Source: Cyanidioschyzon merolae
Taxonomy: Eukaryota
Assembly: GCA_000091205.1 (NCBI GenBank)
Contig: AP006501.2
Strand: one strand, 5' to 3'
Length of the DNA stretch: 64,000 bases
Shown here piece after piece: positions 1-12,800 of this stretch. Below the pieces are notes generated by a model, which was not told the DNA's origin, searched no databases, and saw nothing but the letters and a program-made list of their open reading frames with translations. Numbering within the stretch: the stretch's first letter is position 1; each line of letters begins with the position of its first letter. The position numbers and the translations under genes are program-made.

Positions 1-1383
1 GCGAAGCACGACCAGTGCTTCGAGTCGCCCCGGACCGAGCACCCCTGGAAACTCGACTCGAAACCAACCGCAATCGCTGTCGGTAGCGGACTCCATCCAG
101 TAGAGGAGGACGCGCTCAGCATCACACGGACGAGTACAGGACGCTATCCACTCGCGCAGGAAACTTGGTTGTAGTTGCGCCCGACGCAGGTCGAACGACC
201 CGTGTCGACGACTCCATCCAGGCCAGAAACTGGTCTCGACAGCCAAGGACGCGTCGGTGACAAGCACTCGCGGCGGACACAGGTGCTGGAAACGCTTCCA
301 TGCCCAGATCGCTGCATTCCAGTGCGTCCATTGCTGGTCCAGGTGGCGTTGGTAGAGCCAGAACAACTGCGCACTGCGTTCATCACGAGTCTCTGGATGA
401 TAGAGTCGCGGGGCGGCCACCTGCATCGTCCACGCCGGTGCAAACAGCGCTACGCTCGCTCCGGTCGACCAGGCTACGTCGAACGCTTCAAAGGTGCGGA
501 ATCCACCGCCACCGGGCATCTTTCCCCGCCCGTACACATCAATGCCTACATAAATATCCTTCGCTGGTCGATTCAGCTGCGAGGCTCGCGCTACCGACTC
601 GAGCAGCCTTTGACCTGTTTCCCAGCGGTAATCCAGGTACATGGCGGAGGCGACCTGGAAAAATGCCTCGTTTCTCGCATTCAGCCTGGACTGATGGGCG
701 AGTTCACCATCCACCGTCAGGGCATCATACCAGATGACCGCTGCATGAGTACCCACTCGTTTCTGCAACTGCTCACGCAGCGTCGAGACAAAGATCAACA
801 CGCGCTGTATTGCAGGCGACAGAGGAGTGCTCTGGTTGCGCGAGCTTGGCGAAACCTTGGCATCGTCGCGAATTTCCACTTCAAAGTTCACCAACCAGCC
901 GTCAAAGCTAAATAGTTCAGCTAGACGAGCCAATCGATACGCGAGGAAGAAGATCGTGCGCAGATGGAGTAGCTGCTCCAGCAGGGCACCCCCGGCAGCG
1001 TGTTCGAGGACGCAGCTCCCAAAGCAGCGCACATGGTGCCGATGAGCGGCCTCGACCCAAGCCGGAGGCGGCATCGACACTCCATGGTGCGTGAAGTAGA
1101 CGAAATCGTCGATGAAAGACCACTCTCGAAAGTGGTACGCGAGCTCCGCCTCGGTTCGTGACCTCGTGCCATAGCACTCTGCGACGCTGTACGGTTGCGG
1201 AGCGTCGTGGCAGAGCAGTACGCGTTGGTGGCGCGTTGTCGACGGCTCTTGGAACGGAACTCGACTTTTTTGATCTAAATGTAAAGCACTAGATGATTCA
1301 TCCCAGTGTAAGAGCTCTTTAAGCGAGGAAAAGTACCATGAACCCGCTCCAGAGGTGGTTGAGGGCGTCTCCCCCATCCCATG
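1..1383 (-). CDS. Endo-beta-N-acetylglucosaminidase, GH85 family (partial; the C-terminus lies beyond the window start)
   Basis: Manual reverse-strand translation gives GH85 hallmarks: 'RVLLCHDA', 'FIDDFVYFTHHG', 'FDGWLVNFEVE' (catalytic Glu region), 'VIWYDALTVDGELAHQSRLNARNEAFF' and 'LDYRWETG'. The + ORF at 175..915 is antisense noise. The start is approximate; it may include an intron or an upstream Met. Confidence 0.6.
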
Positions 1384-1438
1384 AGCGCCAATATCGGCTG
1401 TGTACGATGCGAACGCGGAGCACCACAACACTGTACAG

Positions 1439-2497
1439 GATCATGAGCTGTACAGTGTAGGTAGGATTCCAAAGTGGTATGAGATATTCTTACTTGTCGT
1501 TAGACGTTGGATCATGAGCTGTACAGTGTAGGTAGGATTCCAAAGTGCTATGAGATATTCTTATTTGTCGTTCGACGTTGGATCATGGGCTGTACAGTGT
1601 AGGTCGGATTCCAAAGTGCAATGAGATATTCGTACTTGTCGTTCGACGTTGGATCATGAGCTGTACAGTGTAGGTCGGATTCCAAAGTGCAATGAGATAT
1701 TCTTACTTGTCGTTCGACGTTGGATCATGAGCTGTACAGTGTAGGTCGGATTCCAAAGTGCAATGAGATATTGTCACTTGTCGTTAGACGTTGGATCATG
1801 AGCTGTACAGTGTAGGTAGGATTCCAAAGTGCTATGAGATATTCTTACTTGTCGTTCGACGTTGGATCATGGGCTGTACAGTGTAGGTCGGATTCCAAAG
1901 TGCTATGAGATATTCTTACTTGTCGTTCGACGTTGGATCATGAGCTGTACAGTGTAGGTCGGATTCCAAAGTGCTATGAGATATTCTTACTTGTCGTTCG
2001 ACGTTGGATCATGAGCTGTACAGTGTAGGTCGGATTCCAAAGTGCAATGAGATATTGTCACTTGTCGTTAGACGTTGGATCATGAGCTGTACAGTGTAGG
2101 TAGGATTCCAAAGTGCTATGAGATATTCTTACTTGTCGTTCGACGTTGGATCATGAGCTGTACAGTGTAGGTCGGATTCCAAAGTGCTATGAGATATTCT
2201 TACTTGTCGTTCGACGTTGGATCATGAGCTGTACAGTGTAGGTCGGATTCCAAAGTGCTATGAGATATTCTTACTTGTCGTTCGACGTTGGATCATGAGC
2301 TGTACAGTGTAGGTCGGATTCCAAAGTGCTATGAGATATTCGTACTTGTCGTTCGACGTTGGATCATGAGCTGTACAGTGTAGGTCGGATTCCAAAGTGC
2401 AATGAGATATTCTTACTTGCCGTTCGACGTTGGATCATGAGCTGTACAGTGTAGGTCGGATTCCAAAGTGCTATGAGATATTCTTACTTGTCGTTAG
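1439..2497. repeat. 71-bp tandem satellite, about 15 units, in the ENGase upstream region and the DHFR-TS 3' region
   Basis: The unit 'gatcatgagctgtacagtgtaggt(a/c)ggattccaaagtg(c/g)(t/a)atgagatatt(c/g)ttacttgtcgtt(c/a)gacgttg' repeats with a 71-bp period (units begin at 1439, 1510, 1581 and so on). There are a few polymorphic positions. Confidence 0.9.
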
Positions 2498-3303
2498 GCT
2501 TCTTGCTTGCTTTCAATAGTCCTTGCGCGCTGCCAGGGTACGCTGGACTTTGGAACGAGATTCGACTTGGTTGCTGAGGCAGCTATGAGTAGCTCGAAAT
2601 GCAGCATAGCACAAGTTCCGTAGCTCATGGTAGCTTCTCTTTACACTGGCGACAGGGAGCCGGGTACGCGAGCTGAGCCAACATAGAATTAAAATCTTTA
2701 GTCGAGTTGTCGGCAGGAGACTTCCCGTTCTAGTAAGCAACTCGCAAGCTTGACGGAGACCCGTCGTTGCACGCTGTAGCTCAGCAGTTGTGCTCCCCTG
2801 CGTCAAGCGTGACGTCTGCAGCATGTGCCCTGGGTGCCCCTCGTACCCTTTCCTGGAATCGCTGCCACACAGCTGTTGTTCTCCCAGCGCCCGACTGCAA
2901 GCGTCTTTGCTCACGGCAAGTAGAGCCTGCAAGAAGCTTGAGGTCTCGGAAATGGGTCACAATTCCAAGTGCTACGCACTAGAGGCCGTGTTTATTCGCA
3001 CCTGAATATAGACAGCATCATAACGCGTTTGCTACTTGCATATACCAAGCCCGCACCAGAACCAAGCAGATACCTCGACCAAGGGCTTCGCTCGGCTACG
3101 TGTCGTGCTCAAGAACTCGCCAGTGAACTGCAACCGGTGCGTAGCGGCTCCATGCATCACCACTCTCGACTGGGCAGAGGGAAAAGAGGAAACGAGTTGC
3201 ATCGGGTTCAAGCGCTCGTCATTCTGCGAGCCCGGCCTCGAGAGGGCCCCCTGGATACCACTTTCGTTCGGGGTCAGCGTCGACACGTTGTCACCGATTG
3301 GCA

Positions 3304-4911
3304 CTACACAGCCATATCCATTCGGAGCGTTTGATGCGGATAGTAGCCAATCAATTCGATGTCATCAGTGCAAAAGTCGTCTATATCTCGAACTGGCCGG
3401 CGGAAACGGATATGTGGAAATGGTCTTGGTTGCCGACCTAGCTGCACCTTGAGCGCATCAACATGGTTAAGGTAGACGTGTACGTCGCCCATGGTATGCA
3501 CCAACTCACCGGGGCGCAAATCAGTGACATGTGCAAGCATCATAGTCAGTAGCGAATAACTTGCAATGTTAAACGGGACGCCCAGGCCGAGGTCACAAGA
3601 GCGTTGATATAGTAAACAAGAGAGTTCCCCATTTGCAACGTAGAACTGAGCGAGCACGTGGCACGGCGGTAAAGCCATCTCGGGGAGTGCGAGAGGATTC
3701 CACGCACACAAGAGCATGCGGCGGTCGTCTGGGTTTGTCTTCAGCGTCTCCACGATCTGGCGAATCTGGTCAACGCCCTGATTACGATAGTCCGTCTTGC
3801 AGTCCACGTACTTCGCCCCGAAATGGCGCCATTGGAAGCCGTATACGGGACCAAGATCGCCCTCTGCACGGTGCGAGAGCCCTCGAGCGTCCAAGAACGC
3901 TCGGGAAGCGTTCCCGTCCCAAATGTGGACTCCTCTAGCCGATAATTCCGTAGCATCGGTGCTGCCGCGGAGAAACCACAGCAACTCCTCGACAACACCT
4001 CTCCAAAAAACCCGCTTGGTTGTCAACAAGGGTATGCACTGATTTCGCAAAGAGAATCGCATCATGGCTCCGAAAAGCGAGAGCGTACCAACGCCGGTGC
4101 GATCTGCCTTGCGATACCCGTGTCCGATGACTGAGCGAACCAGGTCGAGGTACTGCTGCTCTTCGTGGTTACACTCAAGCACTGGCCGTTCGATAGTTTT
4201 TGTATTCGATGACGGTTTCGCATCCGATGCGACCCGCTCACGTTCAGGGCTGTGCGACATGGGTATCCGCTCCTGTCTTCGATAGACCAAAAACTCCACT
4301 TCAAGTTGTTCAGCGCGTTCATCAACACATACCGACACGCAGTGCTTATTACTAGGCCCATCTTCTACGTACTCATCTGAAGGTATGGCTGGCATGAAGA
4401 CGTCACAGGGATAGGGCGCACGCTGCGGATCCAGTCGTCGAATGCGCGTCAAGTAGATGCGATCACAGGCCGGGTGCGCGAGGGTCTCTCGAAAGACACT
4501 AGCCCCGCCGATGACATACGCGACCCGCGCACCATGCAGTGCTGCCAAGCTGCACGCCTCGTTCAGACTGTTGGCTAGGTAGGCGCCCGCGAAAGCGTCG
4601 CTCGCCTCGTTGACGATCGGTTTCTGTCGGGTAAGCACAATGTTCAAGCGACCGGACAGCGGTCGACGCTCTGGTGGTATCGACAGCCAGGTGTGACGCC
4701 CCATGATGACCGCTGGTTTGCCACCGACGACAGCGGATTCGTCTTCACTGCTGCGACAGTTTCTCGTGGTAACGCGCTTGAAGTGGGCGAGGTCTTCTGC
4801 AATGTGCGGCCAAGGCAGCTGACCGTTGTATCCTATACCCCAATCAGCAGCTTGTACAGCAACTACGATACGTAGTGGCAACTGAACGTTAGGAATCTCG
4901 TCGGACACCAT
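3304..4911 (-). CDS. DHFR-TS: Bifunctional dihydrofolate reductase-thymidylate synthase
   Basis: 535 aa. The N-terminus carries DHFR motifs ('[20 protein letters not shown]', 'GRHTWLSIP'). The C-terminus carries TS motifs ('[12 protein letters not shown]', '[17 protein letters not shown]', '[13 protein letters not shown]'). It starts at a true ATG. Confidence 0.95.
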   Translation of the reverse strand: MVSDEIPNVQLPLRIVVAVQAADWGIGYNGQLPWPHIAEDLAHFKRVTTRNCRSSEDESAVVGGKPAVIMGRHTWLSIPPERRPLSGRLNIVLTRQKPIVNEASDAFAGAYLANSLNEACSLAALHGARVAYVIGGASVFRETLAHPACDRIYLTRIRRLDPQRAPYPCDVFMPAIPSDEYVEDGPSNKHCVSVCVDERAEQLEVEFLVYRRQERIPMSHSPERERVASDAKPSSNTKTIERPVLECNHEEQQYLDLVRSVIGHGYRKADRTGVGTLSLFGAMMRFSLRNQCIPLLTTKRVFWRGVVEELLWFLRGSTDATELSARGVHIWDGNASRAFLDARGLSHRAEGDLGPVYGFQWRHFGAKYVDCKTDYRNQGVDQIRQIVETLKTNPDDRRMLLCAWNPLALPEMALPPCHVLAQFYVANGELSCLLYQRSCDLGLGVPFNIASYSLLTMMLAHVTDLRPGELVHTMGDVHVYLNHVDALKVQLGRQPRPFPHIRFRRPVRDIDDFCTDDIELIGYYPHQTLRMDMAV

Positions 4912-6361
4912 ATATTCAGCTGCTTTGACACAAAATAGAGCTGCTTTGGTGCAGAGATAATCCTCATGCGTAGAAGTGTAGCGCAGCCGTTTCCCGCGCT
5001 TGCGATCGCCAGCGGCCGCGGCATGCGTTCGCCTGGTGGAATGCCTCCAGCGGCAACATCAGGAACGCAACGCTGAACTGAGTGACCAGCTCCTGTCTAG
5101 AGATTTTACCGAACTTTTAGAGTCTTGGCGCTAAAATTGCGGGAAACAGGGTGAACCATTTGATTCGTCGTGTGATGATATGGTGTTGGGGGTTTCAAGC
5201 GGCGCATTCCGCGCTGTTCATCTGGAATTCATGATGTCATCGTGATCGGGATGCTTGTCGATGCACTAGAACAAGCGTTCGTAAATGAACCGATATTATG
5301 ATCCGAAACAGAGGTGCGGAACGTTGTTTTTCTGCATCCGTACAGCATGTTCATAGTATACGTTCTCAAAATTTTTGATCGATACGTTTCAAAGTAACTC
5401 GAATGCGCAGTTATTCGCGTCCCTGGATTGACCGAGGGACACACTGCCGTCCAGTATTGACGGAATATGCACAAGATCATGCCGGAGGTTGACTGAATAT
5501 CTTAGGTCAACTAATAGATGCCGTTTGAAAGAGATACCCTTCATTTTTTGCGGTTATCAATGCAACGGCATTCGACAGCAGTCTTATACCGCTCAGGGAG
5601 TATTTGTCAGCAGGGCGCCGTCTCTCTGGGATGGATGGAGAGGCGTCTTGGACTCGGACTCGAGTCATTGTCGTGATCGATTCGAGTGTGGAGGGCGTCA
5701 ACGCCGTACACGATAGGAACTTTAAGGAGTAGTCATTTATTCACAAGTTCTCCATCCTAGAGTTTCCTTACTTTTGTGTTTTATCGTGGACAACTTTGTA
5801 TTCTACAAATCCTTGATCGATTCGGAGAGCGACCGCTTACTTCAGCCGCGGCCAGTATACTCATAAATGGGATCGTCCGGAAAAAATCCGCGTCCATATC
5901 GTACAGCAGTGGGCGCGGAATCAGTGGAGATCACCCAGTCGAGCCCTGAGTGCCTAACACGGGCCTTTGCTGAGCTATAACGCAAGCGTTCATGTACCAC
6001 AGGGCGGCTTTCGAAGAATGAAATGTGGTGGACATCAGCGAACGCCCTTCCGCTGTCAAGCGTCATTGCTATGAAAGGTACACCGAGGCTATTTCTTAAA
6101 ACAAGATGAAAGAAGCATGCAAAGCGTAGATCACAACTGTCGACTGTGCGTGAAATACTTTGATACCAGCTGAAAACTCCAGCTTCGAGACGAGAACGCT
6201 GCTACTACCACGATCGTTTGAACGCTGATAACAGCACTACAGGGAAACAAGTGTCCAGCGTCTTGAATGCCAAAGATACCGTTGCGAAAGAGCAAGCAGT
6301 TGCAGAAAAAGCCCCTGACGCTAATCCTCATACAAGTCAGAAGTCAACCCTAACTTGAATA

Positions 6362-6858
6362 TACCAGTCCGTGCCAACAAACTGCATACCTTTCATACTC
6401 CGCTGATACGAACAGATGACAGCATTGCCTCTAGCACGCGCACCAACTCTAATACATACATACATACCAGACCGTGCCAACAAACTGCATACCTTCCATA
6501 CTCCGCTGATACGAACAGATGACAGCATTGCCACTAGCACGCGCACCGACTCTCATACATACATACCAGACCGTGCCAACAAACTGCATACCTTCCATAC
6601 TCCGCTGATACGAACAGATGACAGCATTGCCACTAGCACGCGCACCAACTCTAATACATACATACATACATACCAGTCCGTGCCAACAAACTGCATACCT
6701 TCCATACTCCGCTGATACGAACAGATGACAGCATTGCCTCTAGCACGCGCACCAACTCTCATACATACATACATACCAGTCCGTGCCAACAAACTGCATA
6801 CCTTCCATACTCCGCTGATACGAACAGATGACAGCACTGCCACTAGCACGCGCACCGC
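6362..6858. repeat. Roughly 103-bp tandem repeat (period 99-107), 5 units, with an embedded (ACAT)n microsatellite
   Basis: 'gtgccaacaaactgcatacct(t/c)ccatactccgctgatacgaacagatgacagcattgcc(a/t)ctagcacgcgcacc...catacatacata' recurs at 6371, 6474, 6573, 6680 and 6783. It lies in the divergent intergenic region between DHFR-TS and the kinase. Confidence 0.85.
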
Positions 6859-6995
6859 CAGAGCGCCATGACATGCAACGTGGTTAGGGCAAGACGGCAG
6901 GCGTTGCGTTTGCGTCCTCCCGGCAGGTGCCCGCAGTCTCTACGCTCGATTCGGCAGGTGTTTCCCTCTGGAAAATAACACAGGCCCCTGCATTT

Positions 6996-8165
6996 ATGGC
7001 GTTCGCCTCGACAAGCTGGGGTACGAGCTGGTGCCCCGGATGGCGGATCAGACGGGTATCAGCAGTGGTGCCGCAGCCGCTGCGAGACCTGAGGCTCCTG
7101 CAACGCGACTACTCGCTGGTTCCGCCGCCCCGCTATAAGGTCTCACCGTTGGACTTTGTGATCGATCGAACGCGAGTACTCGGATCTGGTTCGTTCGGGA
7201 CTGTCTATGAGGCAAAGAAAGTCGTCGCCCCAGAGGAGGGACTTGAAGTCGCAGCCAAAACCGTGGCCAAAGAGCGTCTCCAAGGTGTACAACTGGACGA
7301 TGCGCTCTACTACACAGCAATCGAACGGTACGCAAATGACCAAGTTCGAGCTACCATCGAATCCAATACAGACGCAGCACTCGCCGATCACGTCGCCCGC
7401 TACCTCGGATTCGGTGAGCACGCTGGCACCGAATGGTTATTCTTTGAACGCATTCCCGGTTCGACACTGGAAACCTATTTCAACAGCGAGACGGATGACA
7501 TCGCATTTGCGCTGGCACTCTCGCAAGCGCTCAACATCAATGCCACAGATAGCTCCGAAGATGGCGTCCATATCTTGCGACATCTGGTGCTGCGAGTTGC
7601 TTCAGAGGTCCTCGAAACGCTCGTATCATTCACCCGACTTGGTATGGTTCATCGAGATATGAAACCCCTCAACTGGATGATCGATGAACAGCGCCGTTGT
7701 CTTCGCGTCCTAGACCTGGGCTCGGCAGCGTTCATCAGTACGCCACGGTACGGTGCGGCAATCGGGTACAATGCACGCTGGGGACCCGCAGACCCGGACT
7801 TTGTTCCCCCGGAGCGCTTTCTTGATCCGCGTTTCCCTTACCAATTCGATGTGTACTCGTGTGCATTGAGCCTCTTGCGTATTGCTGTTCCAGGTCTGCG
7901 CAAAATCGCTTCTTTCCGAGCGTTTGTGGAGGAATTCCGAATCAGACACCAATCGGACTTGGCACTGTATGCGTCTCGAGTTTTCAACGGTACCGCTTCC
8001 TTCATACCGGACAAGTTTGTGACTGGATTGGTTGTACTGAAAGCAGATGATGGACGTTTATTCGAATTCGTTCGCCAGATGCTGCGGGAATCGCCATCGG
8101 ATCGTTTGTCGCCTGAGGCAGCGCTGGTGACGCTGGCGAAGATCCACGGTGCGATCACTGCCTAG
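6996..8165 (+). CDS. Serine/threonine protein kinase
   Basis: Gly-loop 'LGSGSFGTVYEAK', 'AAK' lysine, 'MVHRDMKPLNWMI' (HRDxKxxN), 'LDLGSAAF' (DLG variant of DFG), 'PPERF'. The ORF track starts at a GTG at 6927; the first in-frame ATG is at 6996. Confidence 0.8.
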   Translation: MAFASTSWGTSWCPGWRIRRVSAVVPQPLRDLRLLQRDYSLVPPPRYKVSPLDFVIDRTRVLGSGSFGTVYEAKKVVAPEEGLEVAAKTVAKERLQGVQLDDALYYTAIERYANDQVRATIESNTDAALADHVARYLGFGEHAGTEWLFFERIPGSTLETYFNSETDDIAFALALSQALNINATDSSEDGVHILRHLVLRVASEVLETLVSFTRLGMVHRDMKPLNWMIDEQRRCLRVLDLGSAAFISTPRYGAAIGYNARWGPADPDFVPPERFLDPRFPYQFDVYSCALSLLRIAVPGLRKIASFRAFVEEFRIRHQSDLALYASRVFNGTASFIPDKFVTGLVVLKADDGRLFEFVRQMLRESPSDRLSPEAALVTLAKIHGAITA

Positions 8166-8735
8166 CGTCATTGGCGGGTCACTGCCAATGCGCCTGCAAA
8201 GTCGGGGCATCAACCCAGAATACCGAACATGAACCCGATACACGTTCTAGGTATCTTTGTGCGTGTATCGCGCTGGCACAGACGCAGCGAGCGGCATGAG
8301 GCAGCGTGTCGGTATTCATGTGGGGCGGTTCGGATGCAGTGCAGTGTGTCCGTCGTCGTCAGGATGTAGCACGGCAATGAGCGCTGCAGAACACATCACC
8401 AAAAAAACGTTGTATCGTGTGGGTGTCGCTTGTTCGCTCATAATAATGAATACACAGCTGGATCCGGCGATGGATCTATGTCAGCCGGAATTCGCCTCGC
8501 ATGTTCTCTGTCTGGGCATGCGTCTTTTGCGAGAAGTTGTGAAGCGTGAACAGGCGCGGGCGCAGGCCACAGGTAGAGGACTGCTGACCATTGACGACAA
8601 CAGAAACAACAACAACAGCAACGCTGCACGTGAAGATTGTCTATCTGTAGGTCACGCGTTCACAAGCAGGTACCGACGAGGGCCTCGCCGGCGTGCCCTA
8701 TACCAGCGCATCCAAAAACGAATCCATCGCGGAAT

Positions 8736-9347
8736 TCAACAAAAGCGCCGCTGCACACACCGACGCGTCTGAACTCGCTCTGGCCCAGCTTCATGCAGCT
8801 TCGTCACCGAATCGGACCGGAATGCGTTCGCGACGAACCTGGAACAAGTCCGGGCCCGACGTGGAACAGTCCGGGTGTTTGGATTCGTAACGACACCTCC
8901 GCAGGTCATCAGTGTGGGATCGCTTCGATCCTGGGAGCCAGCTGCTAGTTTCCAGCAGCAAATAACACTTTGACCGCCTTCGCGTTGCCCGATACCTTCG
9001 AACACCTCCGTATCGCTGCCGATGGGTACGTGTTTTCCGTGGATATACCCAATGCACATGACATCATTCGAGACGTTCCGCGAGAAGCAAGCATCGCGCT
9101 GGTCGCTAATACGGGCGTGCATGTAGCTGCGGCACACCGGTTCATTCGCCCCCGAGTACGGCATGACACTGCATCCATTGTCGTCGTGAATCAGGTACGC
9201 AACCAAAGGGCGAGCAAATCCTCTTTCGCACGTGAAGCGTAGGCTGCATTTCTCAGAGTTGCCAAGCGCATCGCCCGGTAGCGTTCGATGGGTGTCTACT
9301 CCAGAAGGCATGCTTCCACGCGGGTTATCCTCGAGTCCATGGGCCAC
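8736..9347 (-). CDS. Hypothetical ORF (unsupported)
   Basis: 203-codon ORF in the gap between the kinase and BTAF1. It has no recognisable motifs and no ATG-defined start, so it is listed only as a possibility. Confidence 0.15.
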   Translation of the reverse strand: MAHGLEDNPRGSMPSGVDTHRTLPGDALGNSEKCSLRFTCERGFARPLVAYLIHDDNGCSVMPYSGANEPVCRSYMHARISDQRDACFSRNVSNDVMCIGYIHGKHVPIGSDTEVFEGIGQREGGQSVICCWKLAAGSQDRSDPTLMTCGGVVTNPNTRTVPRRARTCSRFVANAFRSDSVTKLHEAGPERVQTRRCVQRRFC

Positions 9348-9800
9348 TCCAGGTGCACTGAGGGAGCCGCTTGTGCTGCGGAAGCGCTCTGGTGCTCCGC
9401 TGCCTGCTCGACGATTTTATTCTAGGTCCAATCGACACGTACATAGATAGATAGCAACATAGATCCGTAGACAGGGGTGCAGGGATATAAAGGGTGAACC
9501 AAGTACTAACGATCCGTAGAGGTTGCGGTATTCGAGGACAACTTGCCCAGCCCAGCACAGCACAGCACAGCACTGAGCGAGAACAGCGGTAACCTCGGGG
9601 CACTCGAACCTGCCAAGTACCGCAGCGCGCGCTCCCGCCTTGTCTGCCTGTTTCTGTGTCGCTCTGGATTCCGTGCGAAAGCCGGTTTTCCACAACCGAT
9701 TTTATCGCATACATTCGCTTCCTCGATACCGCAGGAACTCGTTCAAGGTACCTCGGTCAGGGTGCAGCTCATTAAAAAAGCAGCGATCGTCATCAGGCGC

Positions 9801-12800
9801 TCAGCGCTTGGAATCGTGCTCCATCTGTACCAGCGCCGAGCCTTCTTGATCGCTCGTGAGAAGCTCCTGCACAAAGGCACGTGCCCGTTGGAACTCCTCT
9901 CCGTACGCCTCGGCGGCCGCTTGTTCGGGTATGCGTGCGAGCATCCGCCAAGCGCCTGTGCTGCGACCTCCAGCTTCTCCATGAGCGTCTTTTCCGGGCG
10001 CACGTCGACGAGCTGACCCAGTTTCCGCGGACGGCAGCGGTATCTCGGCCTTGGCATCGAGAGCCCCAGCGGTACCTGTCGCCGCCACCGGTCGAAACAA
10101 TTCCAGAATCTGCTCGGTGTTCATGAGACGCAGCGAAGCGTTCTCCTGGTTCACCACGCTGGTGGCGAGATGCATCTTAAAGCGCTGAATGCTCATGATC
10201 TTCTCCTCGATGGTACCGCGGGTAATCAGACGATGCACTGTCACCACGCGCGTCTGACCGATCCGGTGCGCTCGATCCATTGCCTGCAAGTCTACCGTGG
10301 GGTTGTAGTCACATTCCACGAAAATGACCGTATCGGCACCGGTGAGGTTCAGCCCGAGACCCCCGACGTGTGTGGTCAGCAAAAGGCAGTCAATCGTCGG
10401 GTCACGGTTAAAGCGATGGACGAGATCCTGGCGAATACGCGGATCGACAATGCTCCCGTCCAGTCGAAGGTAACTCACCTGGGGATACCAACGTTGCAAG
10501 ACGTCTGTCTCGATGATGTCCAGCGTCTCTTTCAGTTGTGCGAATATGAGCGCACGATGCTTCTTTTCTGCGCGCTGAGACGTTGTGTCCCACGTCTGCA
10601 CGGTAGCGTCGATGATACTGGCGCCAGCACTGCTGGTGTCGTCGCTGGCGATACCGCACTCGTAGAGAAGCTCCCCGAGTGCAAGCATTTTGGGAGCGAT
10701 GTCGAGGCTGTTCCAGTCTAGTTGGGCTCGATTCAGCTGCTCCTCTACCTGGCGTCGCAGCTCGGGCGCGAGTTCAGATAGGATCAATCGCGGATGCGTA
10801 CATAGGCGTCGTAGGAACATCAATGCATAAAAAACATGACTCGAACCGGAGAGTCGTTTCGGCGTCAGCGCTGGGACCTGTCCAGCATCCTCGTCGGTGT
10901 CGCGGGGCGCTGCTTCCACTTCCGCTGCCGTCGCTGCCAGTGTTGGTGCACGAGTCTCCGCGAGCCACTCCAGCGGAGCAGTCTGCACAAACGAGTCGTA
11001 GATGAAGCGCTGTATATCGCTGAGGGCACAGATTCGATCCTGGATGACTTTGGGCGGCAGTTCCTTCATGACGTTTTCCTTCATTCGTCGAAGGATAAAC
11101 GGGAGAACCTGGCGGTGGAGCGCAGCCAGGGCCCGCTCACCGGCCTCTCGTGCTGCGTCGCTGCACTTGGGATGACGTGCCGCCTGGATAGGCTTGGCAT
11201 ACTGGGCAACAAACGACTGCTCTGTGCCCAGATAGCCGGGCATCAAAAAGTCAAACAAGGCCCACAGTTCCGTTACATTGTTCTGAATCGGTGTTCCCGT
11301 CAGAATCAGACGGTGACGGGCGTGCAATCGTCGCACGGCTTGCGACAGTTTCGAGCGAGCGTTCTTGATCATGTGGCCTTCGTCGAGCACCACATAGGCG
11401 TAGCGCAGGCTAGCTAGCTTCTCCAGGTCGCTTCGAACGACTTCATAGCTGGTAATCACGAGCGGTGGTCGTTCAGCACCGCGAAGCTGTTGTGCGAGCT
11501 CCTGCCGCTGACCGGGCGCGCCAGCGTACACAAGCACCGGCGTCAGGTGCCTTGGGAAGAAACGCAGCACCTCATCATGCCAGTGGTGCATCACACTGGC
11601 TGGACAAACGACCAGACTCGGGAGCGGAGTCGTGCCAGCGCTCGCCTCGAGAGCGACCTGCCCATCGTTTTGTGCAGGAGCATCGACACCATCACGATGA
11701 CCACTCGTGCTACTTCGACTGGAGAGTCGGGCACCAGCTGGGCCGCCCACTAGTCCGCATCGATCAGCAGCCAAGATGCAGAGCGTCATTAGCGTCTTAC
11801 CGAGACCCATGTCGTCGCAGAGTGCTCCGTGCAGTCCGTAGCGATGGAGAAACGCCAACCAGTTGAGACCCTCTTGCTGATATGTGCGCAATTGAACGTT
11901 GTCGCCAATGGGAATGCTCAACCGGAACACTTCGAGAGGCTTTTGCCCGAGAAGCTGGGCGATAAAGTCGCGGGCACTGCTTAGCTGCTGCTGGAGCGCT
12001 GGCGACAGCAACTCGTCTGCCGGCAAGGCGCCTTCCAATGGCAACAGACGGACAAGTTCCCCAAAGACCATCGCGGCGAGACTGCGTACACGTTCATCTT
12101 GATCTACGAGACGTCCGAGCAGGGGTACCACCAGAAAAGCCGCATAAGGAATGATGCGCTCTCCCAGACTGTGCACGATTTCCGCTAAGAGCGCTATTGC
12201 CTGAAAGCGTGCTTCGTAGGTATCGCAGGTCGTGTTTGCGTGCCGGTTCACGGGCACGGCAGGAAGTGGTGCCTCTTCGCCCGGCTCCAGGAGCGGCAGC
12301 AGGTGCTGAATGACAGCTTCCATGGCCGGACGCGTGAAGCGACAACATAGAGGTACCAGTGCTCGCGCTCGACGACGAATGAGCGCTGGGAACAGCATCA
12401 ACAAGCGCGACACCAAGGTGGAGTCCAGGTCATCGGCTACCGCACAGAGCACCAGGTCACATCGTTGGTGTTGCTCGGCTTTGGTCTCGTCGGTATCTGC
12501 GCTCGCGGGTGCATTCGGAAGCACAGACTCGACTGATCCGAAAACCTCCTGTTCCATTTGAGGTAGCTCCGTAAACAGGCCTGGTCCGTAGACTCGCGCC
12601 AGTGCTGCCAACGCTCGCGAGCACCTCGCTGTGATGAGGTTCTTCACGACCTGATCTCGCGCTTTGCTACCTCTCTTCATGCGTTGCGTCAAGCGAGCGA
12701 GATCCATAGCTGCGACCTCCTGAGCGCACTCGACCAGAGAGCATGCGTCATGCGCGTCGAAAAGCGGAACGCCGAAGCCATCGGGCAGCTGTTCCAGCAG

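Noticed and set aside
175-915. 246-aa + strand ORF at the window start
   Set aside because: It is antisense to a well-supported GH85 ENGase reading frame on the - strand and has no recognisable motifs of its own.
1439-2497. The regular 71-bp array considered as a CRISPR array
   Set aside because: The units are contiguous with no unique spacers, the context is eukaryotic, and no cas genes are present. This is a satellite or minisatellite.
6337-6855. Repetitive ORFs encoding 'YIPDRANKLHTFHTPLIRTDDSIATSTRT...' and similar on both strands
   Set aside because: These are translations of the roughly 103-bp tandem repeat. They are identical in every unit and lack start context, so they are not genes.
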